From assembly GCA_963976765.1 (NCBI GenBank), contig CAXBME010000003.1, positions 310,001 through 374,000 of the forward strand: DNA of 64,000 nt. Reading direction: 5' to 3'. The first letter of the stretch is position 1; each line of letters starts with the position of its first letter. The notes below the pieces were generated by a model. It was given only the letters and a program-made list of their open reading frames with translations. It was not told the origin of the DNA and ran no database searches. Origin of the DNA: an uncultured Planctomycetaceae bacterium (GTDB lineage: Bacteria > Planctomycetota > Planctomycetia > Planctomycetales > Planctomycetaceae). Positions 31,258 to 40,993 of the stretch are shown here, one piece after another. The position numbers were made by a program, and so were the translations under genes.

Positions 31258-32406
31258 GTGGAACTTACGGGCTGGTTGTTGTTTATTGTCGTGTTGTTCT
31301 ACGCTGGCCCGGCTCTGGTGCTGATGCCGCGTCGGACGCTTCGTCGGTTTTCCCAGCAATTGAATGAGCCGACAGACTGGCCGCTGGTGTCTGTTGTGAT
31401 CGCCGCTCGCGACGAGGAGCAACGCATTGGTCAAACACTGACTGCCCTGCTGGATTCTGATTACCCGGCGATGGAAGTCATCCTGGCGAATGATCGCTCG
31501 ACCGACCGAACTGCCGGGATCGCTGAGTCCATCGTCGCCCATGATGATCGACTTCGCCTTGTCACGATCGACCAGGTTCCTGACGGCTGGCTCGGCAAAA
31601 CGAACGCGATGACGCAGGCCGCGAAGCTGGCTTCCGGTCAGTTTCTGCTTTTCACCGATGGCGACATTCAGTTTTCGCCAGACGCCATTCGCCTTGCGAT
31701 GCGATACACGCTCGACCGACAGCTCGATCACTTCTGTCTGTTTCCATCAATGGAGACTGAAGGTTGGGCCGAGCGAGTTCTGGTATCGTTCTTCGCAATG
31801 CTTTTCGCATTCGGTACGCAACCGTGGCTTCGACGACTCCGGTTTCCCAGTGCCTACTACGGAATCGGCGCTTTCAATCTTGTCCGTCGCTCAGCGTACG
31901 ACGCAGCAGGCGGTCACGAGCCAATCCGGCTCGACATTCTTGACGACGTGAAACTCGGAAAGCTTCTTTTCAAACAGCGTGCCTCGGCTGACTACCTTAT
32001 TGCCGAAGATGCCGTCCGAGTTCGCTGGCAACCATCTGCGTGGGGAGTCATCCGTGGGCTTGAGAAAAACGCCTTCGCTTCGATGAGCTATTCGCTCGTC
32101 AAAATGCTGGGGTTCTCGGCCTTCTTCGTGGCTGTGTTCTTTGCCCCGCTCGTCACGGCGATCCTTGTTCCGCTTGATTCATCGTCAGGGTTTCTGGCCA
32201 TTCTGATCCTGCTGCACCTTACGTTTGGACGATTGTCTGTTGCCTTCGGCGGTTCGGTGACCGTGGTGCCCGGCCTGATCGTCGGAGCCGTTGGCGTGTT
32301 GTTCGCGTTCTGGCGGTCAGCCTTCCTGGTACTTCGCCGGGGAGGTGTCAACTGGCGCGAAACGTTTTACTCACTCAAAGACCTTCGAACCGGCGAGTAT
32401 CGATAG
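31258..32406 (+). CDS. Glycosyltransferase family 2 (membrane-bound, HpnB/CrtQ-like)
   Basis: VSVVIAARDEE, NDRSTD, GWLGK, FTDGD, LDDVKLG. Confidence 0.88.
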   Translation: MELTGWLLFIVVLFYAGPALVLMPRRTLRRFSQQLNEPTDWPLVSVVIAARDEEQRIGQTLTALLDSDYPAMEVILANDRSTDRTAGIAESIVAHDDRLRLVTIDQVPDGWLGKTNAMTQAAKLASGQFLLFTDGDIQFSPDAIRLAMRYTLDRQLDHFCLFPSMETEGWAERVLVSFFAMLFAFGTQPWLRRLRFPSAYYGIGAFNLVRRSAYDAAGGHEPIRLDILDDVKLGKLLFKQRASADYLIAEDAVRVRWQPSAWGVIRGLEKNAFASMSYSLVKMLGFSAFFVAVFFAPLVTAILVPLDSSSGFLAILILLHLTFGRLSVAFGGSVTVVPGLIVGAVGVLFAFWRSAFLVLRRGGVNWRETFYSLKDLRTGEYR

Positions 32407-32641
32407 CCACAACCACTGGTCAGGCCTTGCCCGACGAAGGTTCCGTCAGAATCCCATCGTGCGCCGTTTCTACACAGGAGCCTCTGCACAGTCGCCTCAC
32501 TACGACAAGCGCAGCGCTCGCCGAAGACTCGCAGAGCGACGGAACATTCTTCCGTCGTTCTGCGATTTTCCTCAGCAGACTCTGCATTCAAAACGTGGAG
32601 ACGACTCCGTCAGGCAGGGCTTGACCTGCTCAAGACTCAAT

Positions 32642-35600
32642 TCAGACTTCGAGCATCTCCCAGTCAGCATACACATCGTCAACCGATTCAAATTCATCAT
32701 CGTCAGCATTCGCGACAACATTCACCTGGAACGTGGTCGACGTTTCACTGAATCCGTCCGAAGCGGAGACTCGAATCTGAACTTCGCCCACGTAGTCTTC
32801 AGCCGGCGTGATGATGAGAGCTCCGTCCACGATGGACGCAGCGACCGGCACCGGCTGAGGATCGGTCAGCAGCGAAGGATCGTTGTAGACGTCACTGCCC
32901 AGGCTGGCGATTAACGGACTGGCGTCGAAGCTGTCGTTCCATTGATGAAGCTCGCCGTTTGACAGGAGGTAGAACCACTGATTGCCGGCGTCGCGAATCC
33001 AGCGCTCGTTCTGGCCGAGATAGTTGTCGTAATAGTTGCCGCCCGACCAGAAACCATGCTCGTTGTCCAGAACGGACAGTTCATCTCCCACTACTTCAAC
33101 GTTGTAGAAAATGGCCTGCCCATCGGCATCCTGGTCTGGCAGTTCAATTTCCAATGGCACGCCGGAAGTTGCGTTCTGGTCGACAATATTCACTTCCGGA
33201 GCAATGTTGGTTACTTCGAGGTTAAATGAAGTGCTGGCCGACTCGACGCCGTCCGAAACAGTGACTTCAATTTCAAGACTTCCGGTCTCATTACCTGAAG
33301 TGATGACAAGCTGGCCGTCTACGACTTCGGTTGAAATTTCGGGCAAAGTACTGGTCAACAGAATCTGAGGATCGGTGTAGACATCGACGGAAAACGCAGC
33401 CAGCTGCGTACTGCTTTCGAAACTTCCGCCCCACTCGTTCAGCGAACCATCCGGCAGAAGAAAATACCAGCCGTTGTTTCCCTGCAACCATTTTTCGCTC
33501 TGACCACCCCAATTGAGAGCGTAATCGCCAACGCCTTCGATCGTGTGAAGATCGTGCCCGGCCATGATCTCACCGGCCAGCGACCCGGACACCACCACCT
33601 CAAAGCTCAGAGAATCGCCGTTGGCGTCGTTGGCTCCCAGATCAACAACAAGTTGATTTTCTCCGACAAGCACCGCCTGGTCAGCAATTTCCGAAATGGT
33701 CGGCGCCGAGTTCTCTTCGACAACGGCCTCAATCAGATTCGCGGGGGCACCAAGAAAACTCAGCAGCTGCTCATCAGTCGCGTCGTTGAGCAGGTCGATA
33801 CCGGACAACGATTCCGGCACGCTCAAACTGACGTATCGAGCGTAGTCAAACCCGGCGACCAGATCCGGATTGAACGCTTGCCCCGGCGTCGGGTTAAAAC
33901 CGTCTGGAGTCAACACGTTGCTGTTCTGATAAAACGGGTCGAAGTCGTTCGCCTTTTCCCAGTCGGTGTACGTGACCAGTCCGACCTGAAGCGTTTCGGG
34001 CATGTCCGGTCGGCTGAAGCGGCGATGCACCTGCCAGTCTTCACCAGGCAATCGATAGAGGGTAAACACGTCGGTGCCGATTCGAGCGATCTGAACTTCT
34101 GCGACGCTGGCATCCGAGCCGAGGGCTGTCAGTTCAAGGTCTGACGCACTGTTGCGAGTTGTCTTCACTTCGAGCGAAAACTGATTTTCACCGTTGGCAT
34201 AAGCTTCATTGCCATACCCCAGCGACAGGAACACAAAGTTCTCGCCATTGTTCGTCCCGTCGTCAGCCATACTGCCCGGCGTCCACTCATTCAGTGCGTC
34301 GGTGATGTCACGTGGGGTGCGAATCATGACTCCGCCGAGTGAGAAGTCACCATCACCGGGAACGCTGTCAGCATCGCTGCCGCCAACATCGTCTCGATCA
34401 TTGATGTTCACGAGCGTTGTGAAGGCGAAGTCTCCGGACACCGTCTTGTAAGCAAGCGGGCCTCGATAGTTTTCGAACCAGACCGTCGTGTGTGGCACCA
34501 TCGTCAGGTGGCCGTCCTGCGTCTGATCGATGTCAAAAGTTTGAAGCTGATCCGCGTTCCAGCCTTCGGTCTCATTCAGACGGAGCCAGTCGGTAATCGA
34601 TGTCGCATCGTTGAACTCATCGCTCAGGCCAGGAATCGGAACAGCAGTTGGAACGGTTTCTCCGCCACCGCCTTCGCCGTCGTCAATGATGTTTGTGTTG
34701 TCGCCGAGAAAGCTGAGCAATTCAGCATCGGACACGGCATTGGGATCGGTCAGGTTAGATCCGACCAACGCTTCAGGAACATCCGGAAGAGCGTAGCGAG
34801 CGTACTCAAAACCGGCGGTCAGATCCGGGTTGAACGCCTCACCCGGAGTTGGGTCACCGGCAATTCCCGGAACCAGCACCGAGCTGTTCTGAATGAACGG
34901 ATCGAAATCGCTGGCCTTCTCCCAGTCAGTGTACGTGACCAGCCCGACCTGCATGGTTTCGGGCATGTCCGGTCGCGAGTATCGGCGATGCACCTGCCAC
35001 TCCTGGCCAGGCAACTGATAGAGCGCGATAACTGAATCGCCAATTCGAGAAAGCTGAACATTGACCGTGTTCGCGTCGGGTCCGAGCGTCGTCAGCTCCA
35101 GTTGCGAATCGCTGTTACGAGTGGTCTTGACTTCCAAAGCAAACTCGTCGGGATTACCGGCTCCGTAACCGGCGGAAAGAAAAATGTAATTCTCGCCATT
35201 GTTCGTTCCATCGTCGGCCATGCTCCCCGGAGCCCAATCGACCGACGGATCGATGATGTCGCGAGGCGTGCGCAGCATCGCTCCGGCCAATGAGTACAGC
35301 GAATCGCCCGGCACATCGTTGGCATCGCTACCGCCGACATCATCGCGGTCGGAAATGTGAATCTGAGTTGTAAACGAGAAATCGCCGGTAACCGTCTGAA
35401 ACGCCATCGGGCCACGGTAATTCTGATACCAGACTGCCGTGTTCGGTTGCTGAACCATTCGACCAGGCTGAGTCGCGTCGATGTCGTAGACATTGAGCTG
35501 ATCGGCGTTCCAGCCTTCGACCTCATTGATACGCTGCCACTGAGCTGTCGTCGAAGCGTCATCAAACTCATCACTGAGCCCCGCGATTGGGGTCGCCGCT

Positions 35601-35713
35601 AGAAGCTGACGAGTCTCCAGCGATTCGGTCGCCGCAGTGAAAATCGACGTACTGTTTCTTTTTCGACGGTTTGCTGCACGAGTTTTGCGGATGTGATTCC
35701 AGGGACGAAGCAT
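32642..35713 (-). CDS. Large acidic extracellular protein: LEPRxLL motif, two tandem duplicated beta-sandwich domains and Ig/cadherin-like repeats
   Basis: ESLETRQLLA; two similar ~300-aa domains each starting LSDEF(D/N)DA; NSAPTI and NIAPEV Ig-like starts. Confidence 0.85.
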   Translation of the reverse strand: MLRPWNHIRKTRAANRRKRNSTSIFTAATESLETRQLLAATPIAGLSDEFDDASTTAQWQRINEVEGWNADQLNVYDIDATQPGRMVQQPNTAVWYQNYRGPMAFQTVTGDFSFTTQIHISDRDDVGGSDANDVPGDSLYSLAGAMLRTPRDIIDPSVDWAPGSMADDGTNNGENYIFLSAGYGAGNPDEFALEVKTTRNSDSQLELTTLGPDANTVNVQLSRIGDSVIALYQLPGQEWQVHRRYSRPDMPETMQVGLVTYTDWEKASDFDPFIQNSSVLVPGIAGDPTPGEAFNPDLTAGFEYARYALPDVPEALVGSNLTDPNAVSDAELLSFLGDNTNIIDDGEGGGGETVPTAVPIPGLSDEFNDATSITDWLRLNETEGWNADQLQTFDIDQTQDGHLTMVPHTTVWFENYRGPLAYKTVSGDFAFTTLVNINDRDDVGGSDADSVPGDGDFSLGGVMIRTPRDITDALNEWTPGSMADDGTNNGENFVFLSLGYGNEAYANGENQFSLEVKTTRNSASDLELTALGSDASVAEVQIARIGTDVFTLYRLPGEDWQVHRRFSRPDMPETLQVGLVTYTDWEKANDFDPFYQNSNVLTPDGFNPTPGQAFNPDLVAGFDYARYVSLSVPESLSGIDLLNDATDEQLLSFLGAPANLIEAVVEENSAPTISEIADQAVLVGENQLVVDLGANDANGDSLSFEVVVSGSLAGEIMAGHDLHTIEGVGDYALNWGGQSEKWLQGNNGWYFLLPDGSLNEWGGSFESSTQLAAFSVDVYTDPQILLTSTLPEISTEVVDGQLVITSGNETGSLEIEVTVSDGVESASTSFNLEVTNIAPEVNIVDQNATSGVPLEIELPDQDADGQAIFYNVEVVGDELSVLDNEHGFWSGGNYYDNYLGQNERWIRDAGNQWFYLLSNGELHQWNDSFDASPLIASLGSDVYNDPSLLTDPQPVPVAASIVDGALIITPAEDYVGEVQIRVSASDGFSETSTTFQVNVVANADDDEFESVDDVYADWEMLEV

Positions 35714-35838
35714 GAGGGCACCTCAACAGTCAGAGTGATTCTGATCCCGGAGCCAACAAACCTGCCCGGGCGTTCTGAAGAGGAACTCGCTGTCGCCAAC
35801 CGCAGCCCGACAGACTTTTCTGAAATTTATAAGAAGAA

Positions 35839-36561
35839 TCAGCGAGTCGCGAATTCTGCTTCTCGACGGCGGCCACTCGACCTTTCGCTCACGTCTGGCA
35901 ACTGGTCAATCACGCGTTCGATCGTCGTCGACGGAAGCTCAAACCGAGTCGGCTGAACGAGAGCCACTGAAAGCTTCCGTTGAAACTCGGCCCGGTCCAT
36001 ATCGACTGTCCCGAACTGGCTGAGAAAACCGCTCGGATATTGCACATCGTGGAGCAGAAAATTGTTCGCACGCAGAATTTCAAACAGCGTCGCAAAGCAA
36101 ACTTTTCCCGCATGATTCACACGGTGGAACTGACTTTCCGAAACAAAGTATCGACCGATGCACAGTCCGTAGACACCGCCGACCAGCTCGCCATTCTGCC
36201 AGGCTTCGACACTTCGAGCCTGCCCCATTCGAAACAGCTCTTTGTAAACGTCGGCCAGCTGCGGAGTGATCCAGGTTTCCGACCGATCGGCACACGCGGC
36301 GATCACGTCGTCAAAAGCCGAGTCGATCCGAATCTCAAACCGACCACTGCGAACGAGACGTTTCAGACTCTTGCCAACGTGAAAGTCGCCGACTGGAATC
36401 ACCGCTCGCTTCGCCGGGCATCGCCACTCAATCTTTCCCGACTCATTCGCCATCGGAAAGAAACCATTTGCCGTCGCACGCAGAACCGTCTCCGGCGAAA
36501 AATCCAGAGCATTCAGCACAGCCTGCTGAGCCGCAATCTGCCCATCCGGCACATACTGCAT
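35839..36561 (-). CDS. aat: Leucyl/phenylalanyl-tRNA--protein transferase
   Basis: GFFPMA, ETWIT, SVEAWQNGELVGGVYG, SESQF, LHDVQ. Confidence 0.88.
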   Translation of the reverse strand: MQYVPDGQIAAQQAVLNALDFSPETVLRATANGFFPMANESGKIEWRCPAKRAVIPVGDFHVGKSLKRLVRSGRFEIRIDSAFDDVIAACADRSETWITPQLADVYKELFRMGQARSVEAWQNGELVGGVYGLCIGRYFVSESQFHRVNHAGKVCFATLFEILRANNFLLHDVQYPSGFLSQFGTVDMDRAEFQRKLSVALVQPTRFELPSTTIERVIDQLPDVSERSSGRRREAEFATR

Positions 36562-37045
36562 CCCAGACCGAACAGCTCGACGCAACAAACCAGCAAGCAT
36601 GAAACAAAGCCAACTTCGAGAACGTAACCCAGCCACCACTCGCAGGCTTCAGCTTTCGGACAAGCCACACTGCAAGCACCAGTTTCATCCTGGCTCACTC
36701 TGAGGCGATCGTTGTCAATCCTGATGAGAGAAGTCCCTTCGGCACGACCACGAAACCACAATTAACGGTTCTGCGGGTTTGCCATCAGTTTACACCGCCG
36801 GAAAACGCTGTACGTTTAGCCGTTGTGAAGCCGCCAACTCTCGGAGCCTGTCAGTTTTTCACTCGTAGCGTGTGACAAGCGGGCCGGTTGAAATCTGGTG
36901 GTGTGCCGTCGCGGAGATCTCAGAACTAAGTGAACGCGAACGAACTCCAGTGCCTGCCCGCGCCAGCTCACCAGATTGGGATTCGCTCCGCTTGTCACAC
37001 CCTACGGAAAAATTCACGGCCTCTCGGAGCCAGGAACGCAACCTG

Positions 37046-38584
37046 ATGAGCATTCCACCAGGACATCCCGCAGAAGACTCGCCGGCCAGCGCCAGTTCCC
37101 ATCCGTATTCTGACGCATCGCCAGTTCTCCCCACCGACCGTCGTCTGCCGAAATGGCTCATCCTTTTCAAACCAAAAGTCGGCATCCCACTCGCAATTCT
37201 GATCGTCCTGGTCAGTATCCCGCTCGCGATTCGAAACTGGCGAATCTCAAGCCTCCCGCAAATCGACGAGCCTTTCGACATCGAAGCATTCTGCAGCGTG
37301 ACGATTCCTGACGATGACAATGCGTTCGTCGAGTACCGAGAAGCATTCGACCTGTTCGTAGAATTCCGCGGGAAGAACAATGACTGGGAGTCGTATAAGG
37401 AACTGCTCAAAGGCAAGTGGAATGACGTACCGCCGGCGTTTCCTGCATGGATCAAGTCAAACGATCGTGCATTCCATGCCTGGTTGGATGGAACAGCCAA
37501 ACCGGGCGCGATGTTCATGCCGCGACGCGATTTGAGTTACTCCGCAATCGATTACACCGATACGGCGAGATCACTCATCCGAGTTGCAATGTTAAGAGCT
37601 GGCCGAAATCTGCACGATGGAAACACCGCTGAAGCGTGGAAAATTCTGCACGCTGCATTCCGGTTTAGTCGTCACGTCGGCCAGAATGGCCCAACCATCG
37701 AACGTCACACCGGCATCGCTATTCTCCCGCTCGTATGTACGGGGCTTCTGTCATGGGCACACCACGCGAACACAACCGCAAGAGACCTTGAACATGCGAT
37801 CGCGATCCTGCCTGACGAGTTTGCATCGATGACCCCGCTCTATTCCGAGACGCTGAAACACGAGTACCTGGCCGAACAGGATTTTCTTCGGGATTCGGGA
37901 CCGCGTCTACGAATTTTCACGAACCTTCCCGCTATCGACTCTGGACTGATTTTTGTGCTGGGTGAGCCCGAGTTTTCTCTGACACTGCTCGATCTACATC
38001 TTGCGAATCAGGTAGCAGGGATTGACTTGACACCCTCCGCCCGCCCCAAGCTGATCGCAGGAGATGCTCGAATATTTGACATTCCTGCCGTACCAGGAAA
38101 AACCATTAGCGGAGTTGACCTGCAACATCTCCTTTCCAGAGTGTCGGTCACCACAGTCGGTGGCGGCGGACTCCCCTGGATGAGCCATTCGATCTACGCA
38201 TTGAATCTTGAGAGAACATTCGAAAGCACCATGATTGCAGTCTTGTCAATTGAATACTACGTCCGTAAGCATGCCAGGTTTCCTTCATCACTTGCCGAAT
38301 TTCCAGAGTCATGCGCAAAGGCATTGTTCGCCGATCCTTTACATTCCAGTTCTGGAAACATCATTTATCGGGCTGCCGAAAATTTTTCCGTCGTATACGG
38401 CTTAGGTGAAGACGGTTTCGACGATGGGCATCGCGTCGCACCGCCCGAGAGAGATGAGCAAGCGTCCTGGGACCGGTTAGACGACTCACGTGGTCGATTC
38501 GAAGGCTATCGCATTCCGCTTTGGCGACCGGCCTCGGCTGATGACAAGGCTGCTTCTGTTGAGTCGGACAATGTTCAAGACTGA
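37046..38584 (+). CDS. Hypothetical membrane-anchored helical protein
   Basis: Long ORF with one N-terminal TM helix; PDDDNAF and C-terminal VYGLGEDGFDDG (type II secretion pseudopilin-like tail). Confidence 0.7.
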   Translation: MSIPPGHPAEDSPASASSHPYSDASPVLPTDRRLPKWLILFKPKVGIPLAILIVLVSIPLAIRNWRISSLPQIDEPFDIEAFCSVTIPDDDNAFVEYREAFDLFVEFRGKNNDWESYKELLKGKWNDVPPAFPAWIKSNDRAFHAWLDGTAKPGAMFMPRRDLSYSAIDYTDTARSLIRVAMLRAGRNLHDGNTAEAWKILHAAFRFSRHVGQNGPTIERHTGIAILPLVCTGLLSWAHHANTTARDLEHAIAILPDEFASMTPLYSETLKHEYLAEQDFLRDSGPRLRIFTNLPAIDSGLIFVLGEPEFSLTLLDLHLANQVAGIDLTPSARPKLIAGDARIFDIPAVPGKTISGVDLQHLLSRVSVTTVGGGGLPWMSHSIYALNLERTFESTMIAVLSIEYYVRKHARFPSSLAEFPESCAKALFADPLHSSSGNIIYRAAENFSVVYGLGEDGFDDGHRVAPPERDEQASWDRLDDSRGRFEGYRIPLWRPASADDKAASVESDNVQD

Positions 38585-38653
38585 ACTTGAGTGACTACAC
38601 TCACCGCTCGGTATTGAATTGAGAATCGGGAGCGATCAACAGCTAAGAATGAA

Positions 38654-38744
38654 CGTGTGCCACTGGCTCAGCCAGTGCTTTCAAAATGGGCCAACCGTAG
38701 CACTGGCAGAGCCAGTGGCACACGTCAATAACCAGTGGCACACG
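38654..38744. repeat. REP cluster (GTGCCACTGGC family): inverted pair plus a partial third copy
   Basis: CGTGTGCCACTGGCTCAGCCAGTGCT...AGCACTGGCAGAGCCAGTGGCACACG...CCAGTGGCACACG. Confidence 0.8.
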
Positions 38745-38791
38745 TGACCAAGTGGCTTTCAAAAACTCGACCATTCACCAGGGAGTTGACC

Positions 38792-39715
38792 ATGCGCGAT
38801 ACCAGTTTGCTTTCTCGTCGTCAGTTTGTGCAGTTGGCATCGGCGGCGGCTGTTTCGAGTCCGTTGCTGGCTCGTGGGGCTGAGGAGAGTTCTGACGGGT
38901 ATCTCAACGGGCGGCTGTACAAGACGCTCAAGATTGGGATGGTTGGAGCCGGTAAGACTCTGGAAAAGAAGTTTGCGATTGCGAAGGAAGCCGGTTTCGA
39001 CGGGATCGAGTTGAACGCTCCGACGATCAACATCGAAGAAGTTCGAGCGGCCATCAAAGCGACCGGGCTGCCGGTTGACGGCACGGTCAATGCCGGGCAC
39101 TGGGGAGTTCGGCACACGGACGCTGACGATGCAACCCGGGCGAAGGCTCTGGAAAGTCTGAAGGAAGCTCTGCGGCAGACGCACGCGGTTGGCGGAAACT
39201 CAGTTCTGCTGGTCGTTGGCCGCGGCAGCGATGGTCCGGAAGAAGAAATCTGGAAGCGGTCGGTCGAGAACATTTCGAAGGCGATTCCGCTGGCGGCAGA
39301 ACTCGGCATTCACATTGCCATCGAAAACGTCTGGAACCAGTTCTGCTACGACGACGACGGCAACCACACGCAAACGGCTGACAAGTTTGTGAAGTACGTC
39401 GACGAGTTCCATTCTCCGTGGGTCGGCATGCAGTTCGACATTGGCAACCACTGGAAATACGGCAGCATGGGCGACTGGATCCGTCAACTCGACAAGAGAA
39501 TTGTGAAGCTCGACCTGAAAGGCTTCTCTCGAGCACAGAACAAATTCACCAAAATCGGAGAAGGCGATCTGGACTGGGCCGACGTCCGAAAAGCATTAGC
39601 CGAAATCCAGTACACTGGCTGGGCTGCCGCCGAAGTCGGCGGCGGCGATCTTGAGCGGCTCAAAGAAGTCTCTGCTAACATGGACCGAGTCTTCGGCCTG
39701 ACTCCGAAGGCCTGA
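38792..39715 (+). CDS. Tat-exported sugar phosphate isomerase/epimerase (xylose isomerase-like TIM barrel)
   Basis: SRRQFV Tat motif; AGFDGIEL, IAIENVWN, FDIGNH, DLKGF, AAEV. Confidence 0.88.
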   Translation: MRDTSLLSRRQFVQLASAAAVSSPLLARGAEESSDGYLNGRLYKTLKIGMVGAGKTLEKKFAIAKEAGFDGIELNAPTINIEEVRAAIKATGLPVDGTVNAGHWGVRHTDADDATRAKALESLKEALRQTHAVGGNSVLLVVGRGSDGPEEEIWKRSVENISKAIPLAAELGIHIAIENVWNQFCYDDDGNHTQTADKFVKYVDEFHSPWVGMQFDIGNHWKYGSMGDWIRQLDKRIVKLDLKGFSRAQNKFTKIGEGDLDWADVRKALAEIQYTGWAAAEVGGGDLERLKEVSANMDRVFGLTPKA

Positions 39716-39745
39716 CGATTTCTGTTCCGGCTTCGCTGGTAACTT

Positions 39746-39820
39746 GTGTGCCACTGGCTCTGCCAGTGCCTGTTCGAAGCGTCGGCGACACGTGTTTTCG
39801 CACTGGCAAAGCCAGTGGCA
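39746..39820. repeat. REP inverted pair, same family as 38654-38744
   Basis: GTGTGCCACTGGCTCTGCCAGTGC...GCACTGGCAAAGCCAGTGGCA. Confidence 0.8.
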
Positions 39821-39868
39821 GACGAGAGCCTGTAGCGACTCTGAGTTCTAAAGTCTGAGGAACGGCCA

Positions 39869-40981
39869 GTGTCTCGACGCGGCAAGCTTGCCACATTTGT
39901 GTTTGCAGTACTGATCGCCACGCTCGGACTCGGGCCTGCGCTGGCAGACAAAACTGAGCTGTACTTCCCAACGGCAAAGGTCTGGGAGAAGGTTGATCCC
40001 GCTGCCGTCGGCTGGAATGCGGATGCTCTTGATCAGGCTGTCGACTTTGCAATGTCTCGCAAATCGTCAGACGTCGTCATTCTGCATCGTGGGCGGATTC
40101 TTTCGGAAAAGTACACGCCGATTGAAAAGCCGTCGCTAACTTATCGCGGAATGATCCACGGCCAGGATCCGCAAGGCCGGGTCGTCGAAGACGTCGCTTC
40201 GGTGCAGAAAAGCGTCGCCAGTCTGCTGGTCGGAATTGCTCAGGAGAAGCAGCTGCTCAAAGTTTCCGATCCCGTGCATCAGCATCTGGGAGTAGGCTGG
40301 TCCAACGCGACGACGGAGCAGGAGAGTCGCATCACCATTCGGCACCTGATCACGATGAGTAGCGGTCTGACAGATCGACTTCAGTATGCCGATCCGCCAG
40401 GGACGAAATGGCGATACAACAGCAACGCTTACAGCTTGAGCGTTACCGTCGTTGCAGCCTCGGCAAAGATGACTCCCAATGAGCTGACCAGAGCCTGGCT
40501 GACGAAGCCGCTGGGCATGAACGATTCTCGCTGGATCGAACGACGGCAGGCGAAGATCAGCCCACCAGAGGCCAACAAACTCGGGTTCGCAACGACCGCA
40601 CGAGACCTCGCGCGATTCGGACTGATGGTTCTCGCCAGGGGCAGATGGAACGACGAAACGGTCCTGGGCGATCAGGACTACCTGCAAGCCGCCTTGAGTC
40701 CATCTCAGAAAATGAATCCTGCTTACGGCTATCTCTGGTGGCTGAACGGGCATAAGGCAACACTGCCCGGTCTACGACGAGACCGAGGCCCGCTGAACCC
40801 AGCCGCTCCTGACGATCTCGTTGCCGCATTGGGAGCCCTGGGGCGAAAATGCTACGTCGTACCGTCACTCGATCTGGTTGTCGTACGGCTCGGAGACAGT
40901 CCAGAAGTTATCGGACAACCAAAATTCGACGTCGAATTCTGGAGCCAGCTGATGAAAGCAGCTCCAAAGAAACAACGATAA
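39869..40981 (+). CDS. Serine hydrolase, beta-lactamase-related
   Basis: Signal peptide; SVQK (SxxK), HLITMSSGL, WRYNS, YGYLWWLN. Confidence 0.88.
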   Translation: MSRRGKLATFVFAVLIATLGLGPALADKTELYFPTAKVWEKVDPAAVGWNADALDQAVDFAMSRKSSDVVILHRGRILSEKYTPIEKPSLTYRGMIHGQDPQGRVVEDVASVQKSVASLLVGIAQEKQLLKVSDPVHQHLGVGWSNATTEQESRITIRHLITMSSGLTDRLQYADPPGTKWRYNSNAYSLSVTVVAASAKMTPNELTRAWLTKPLGMNDSRWIERRQAKISPPEANKLGFATTARDLARFGLMVLARGRWNDETVLGDQDYLQAALSPSQKMNPAYGYLWWLNGHKATLPGLRRDRGPLNPAAPDDLVAALGALGRKCYVVPSLDLVVVRLGDSPEVIGQPKFDVEFWSQLMKAAPKKQR

Positions 40982-40993
40982 AGGACGAAGCTC

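Noticed and set aside
38654..38744. TGGCAC-containing sequences as sigma-54 promoters
   Set aside because: They are part of REP palindromes and lack the correctly spaced -12 TTGC.
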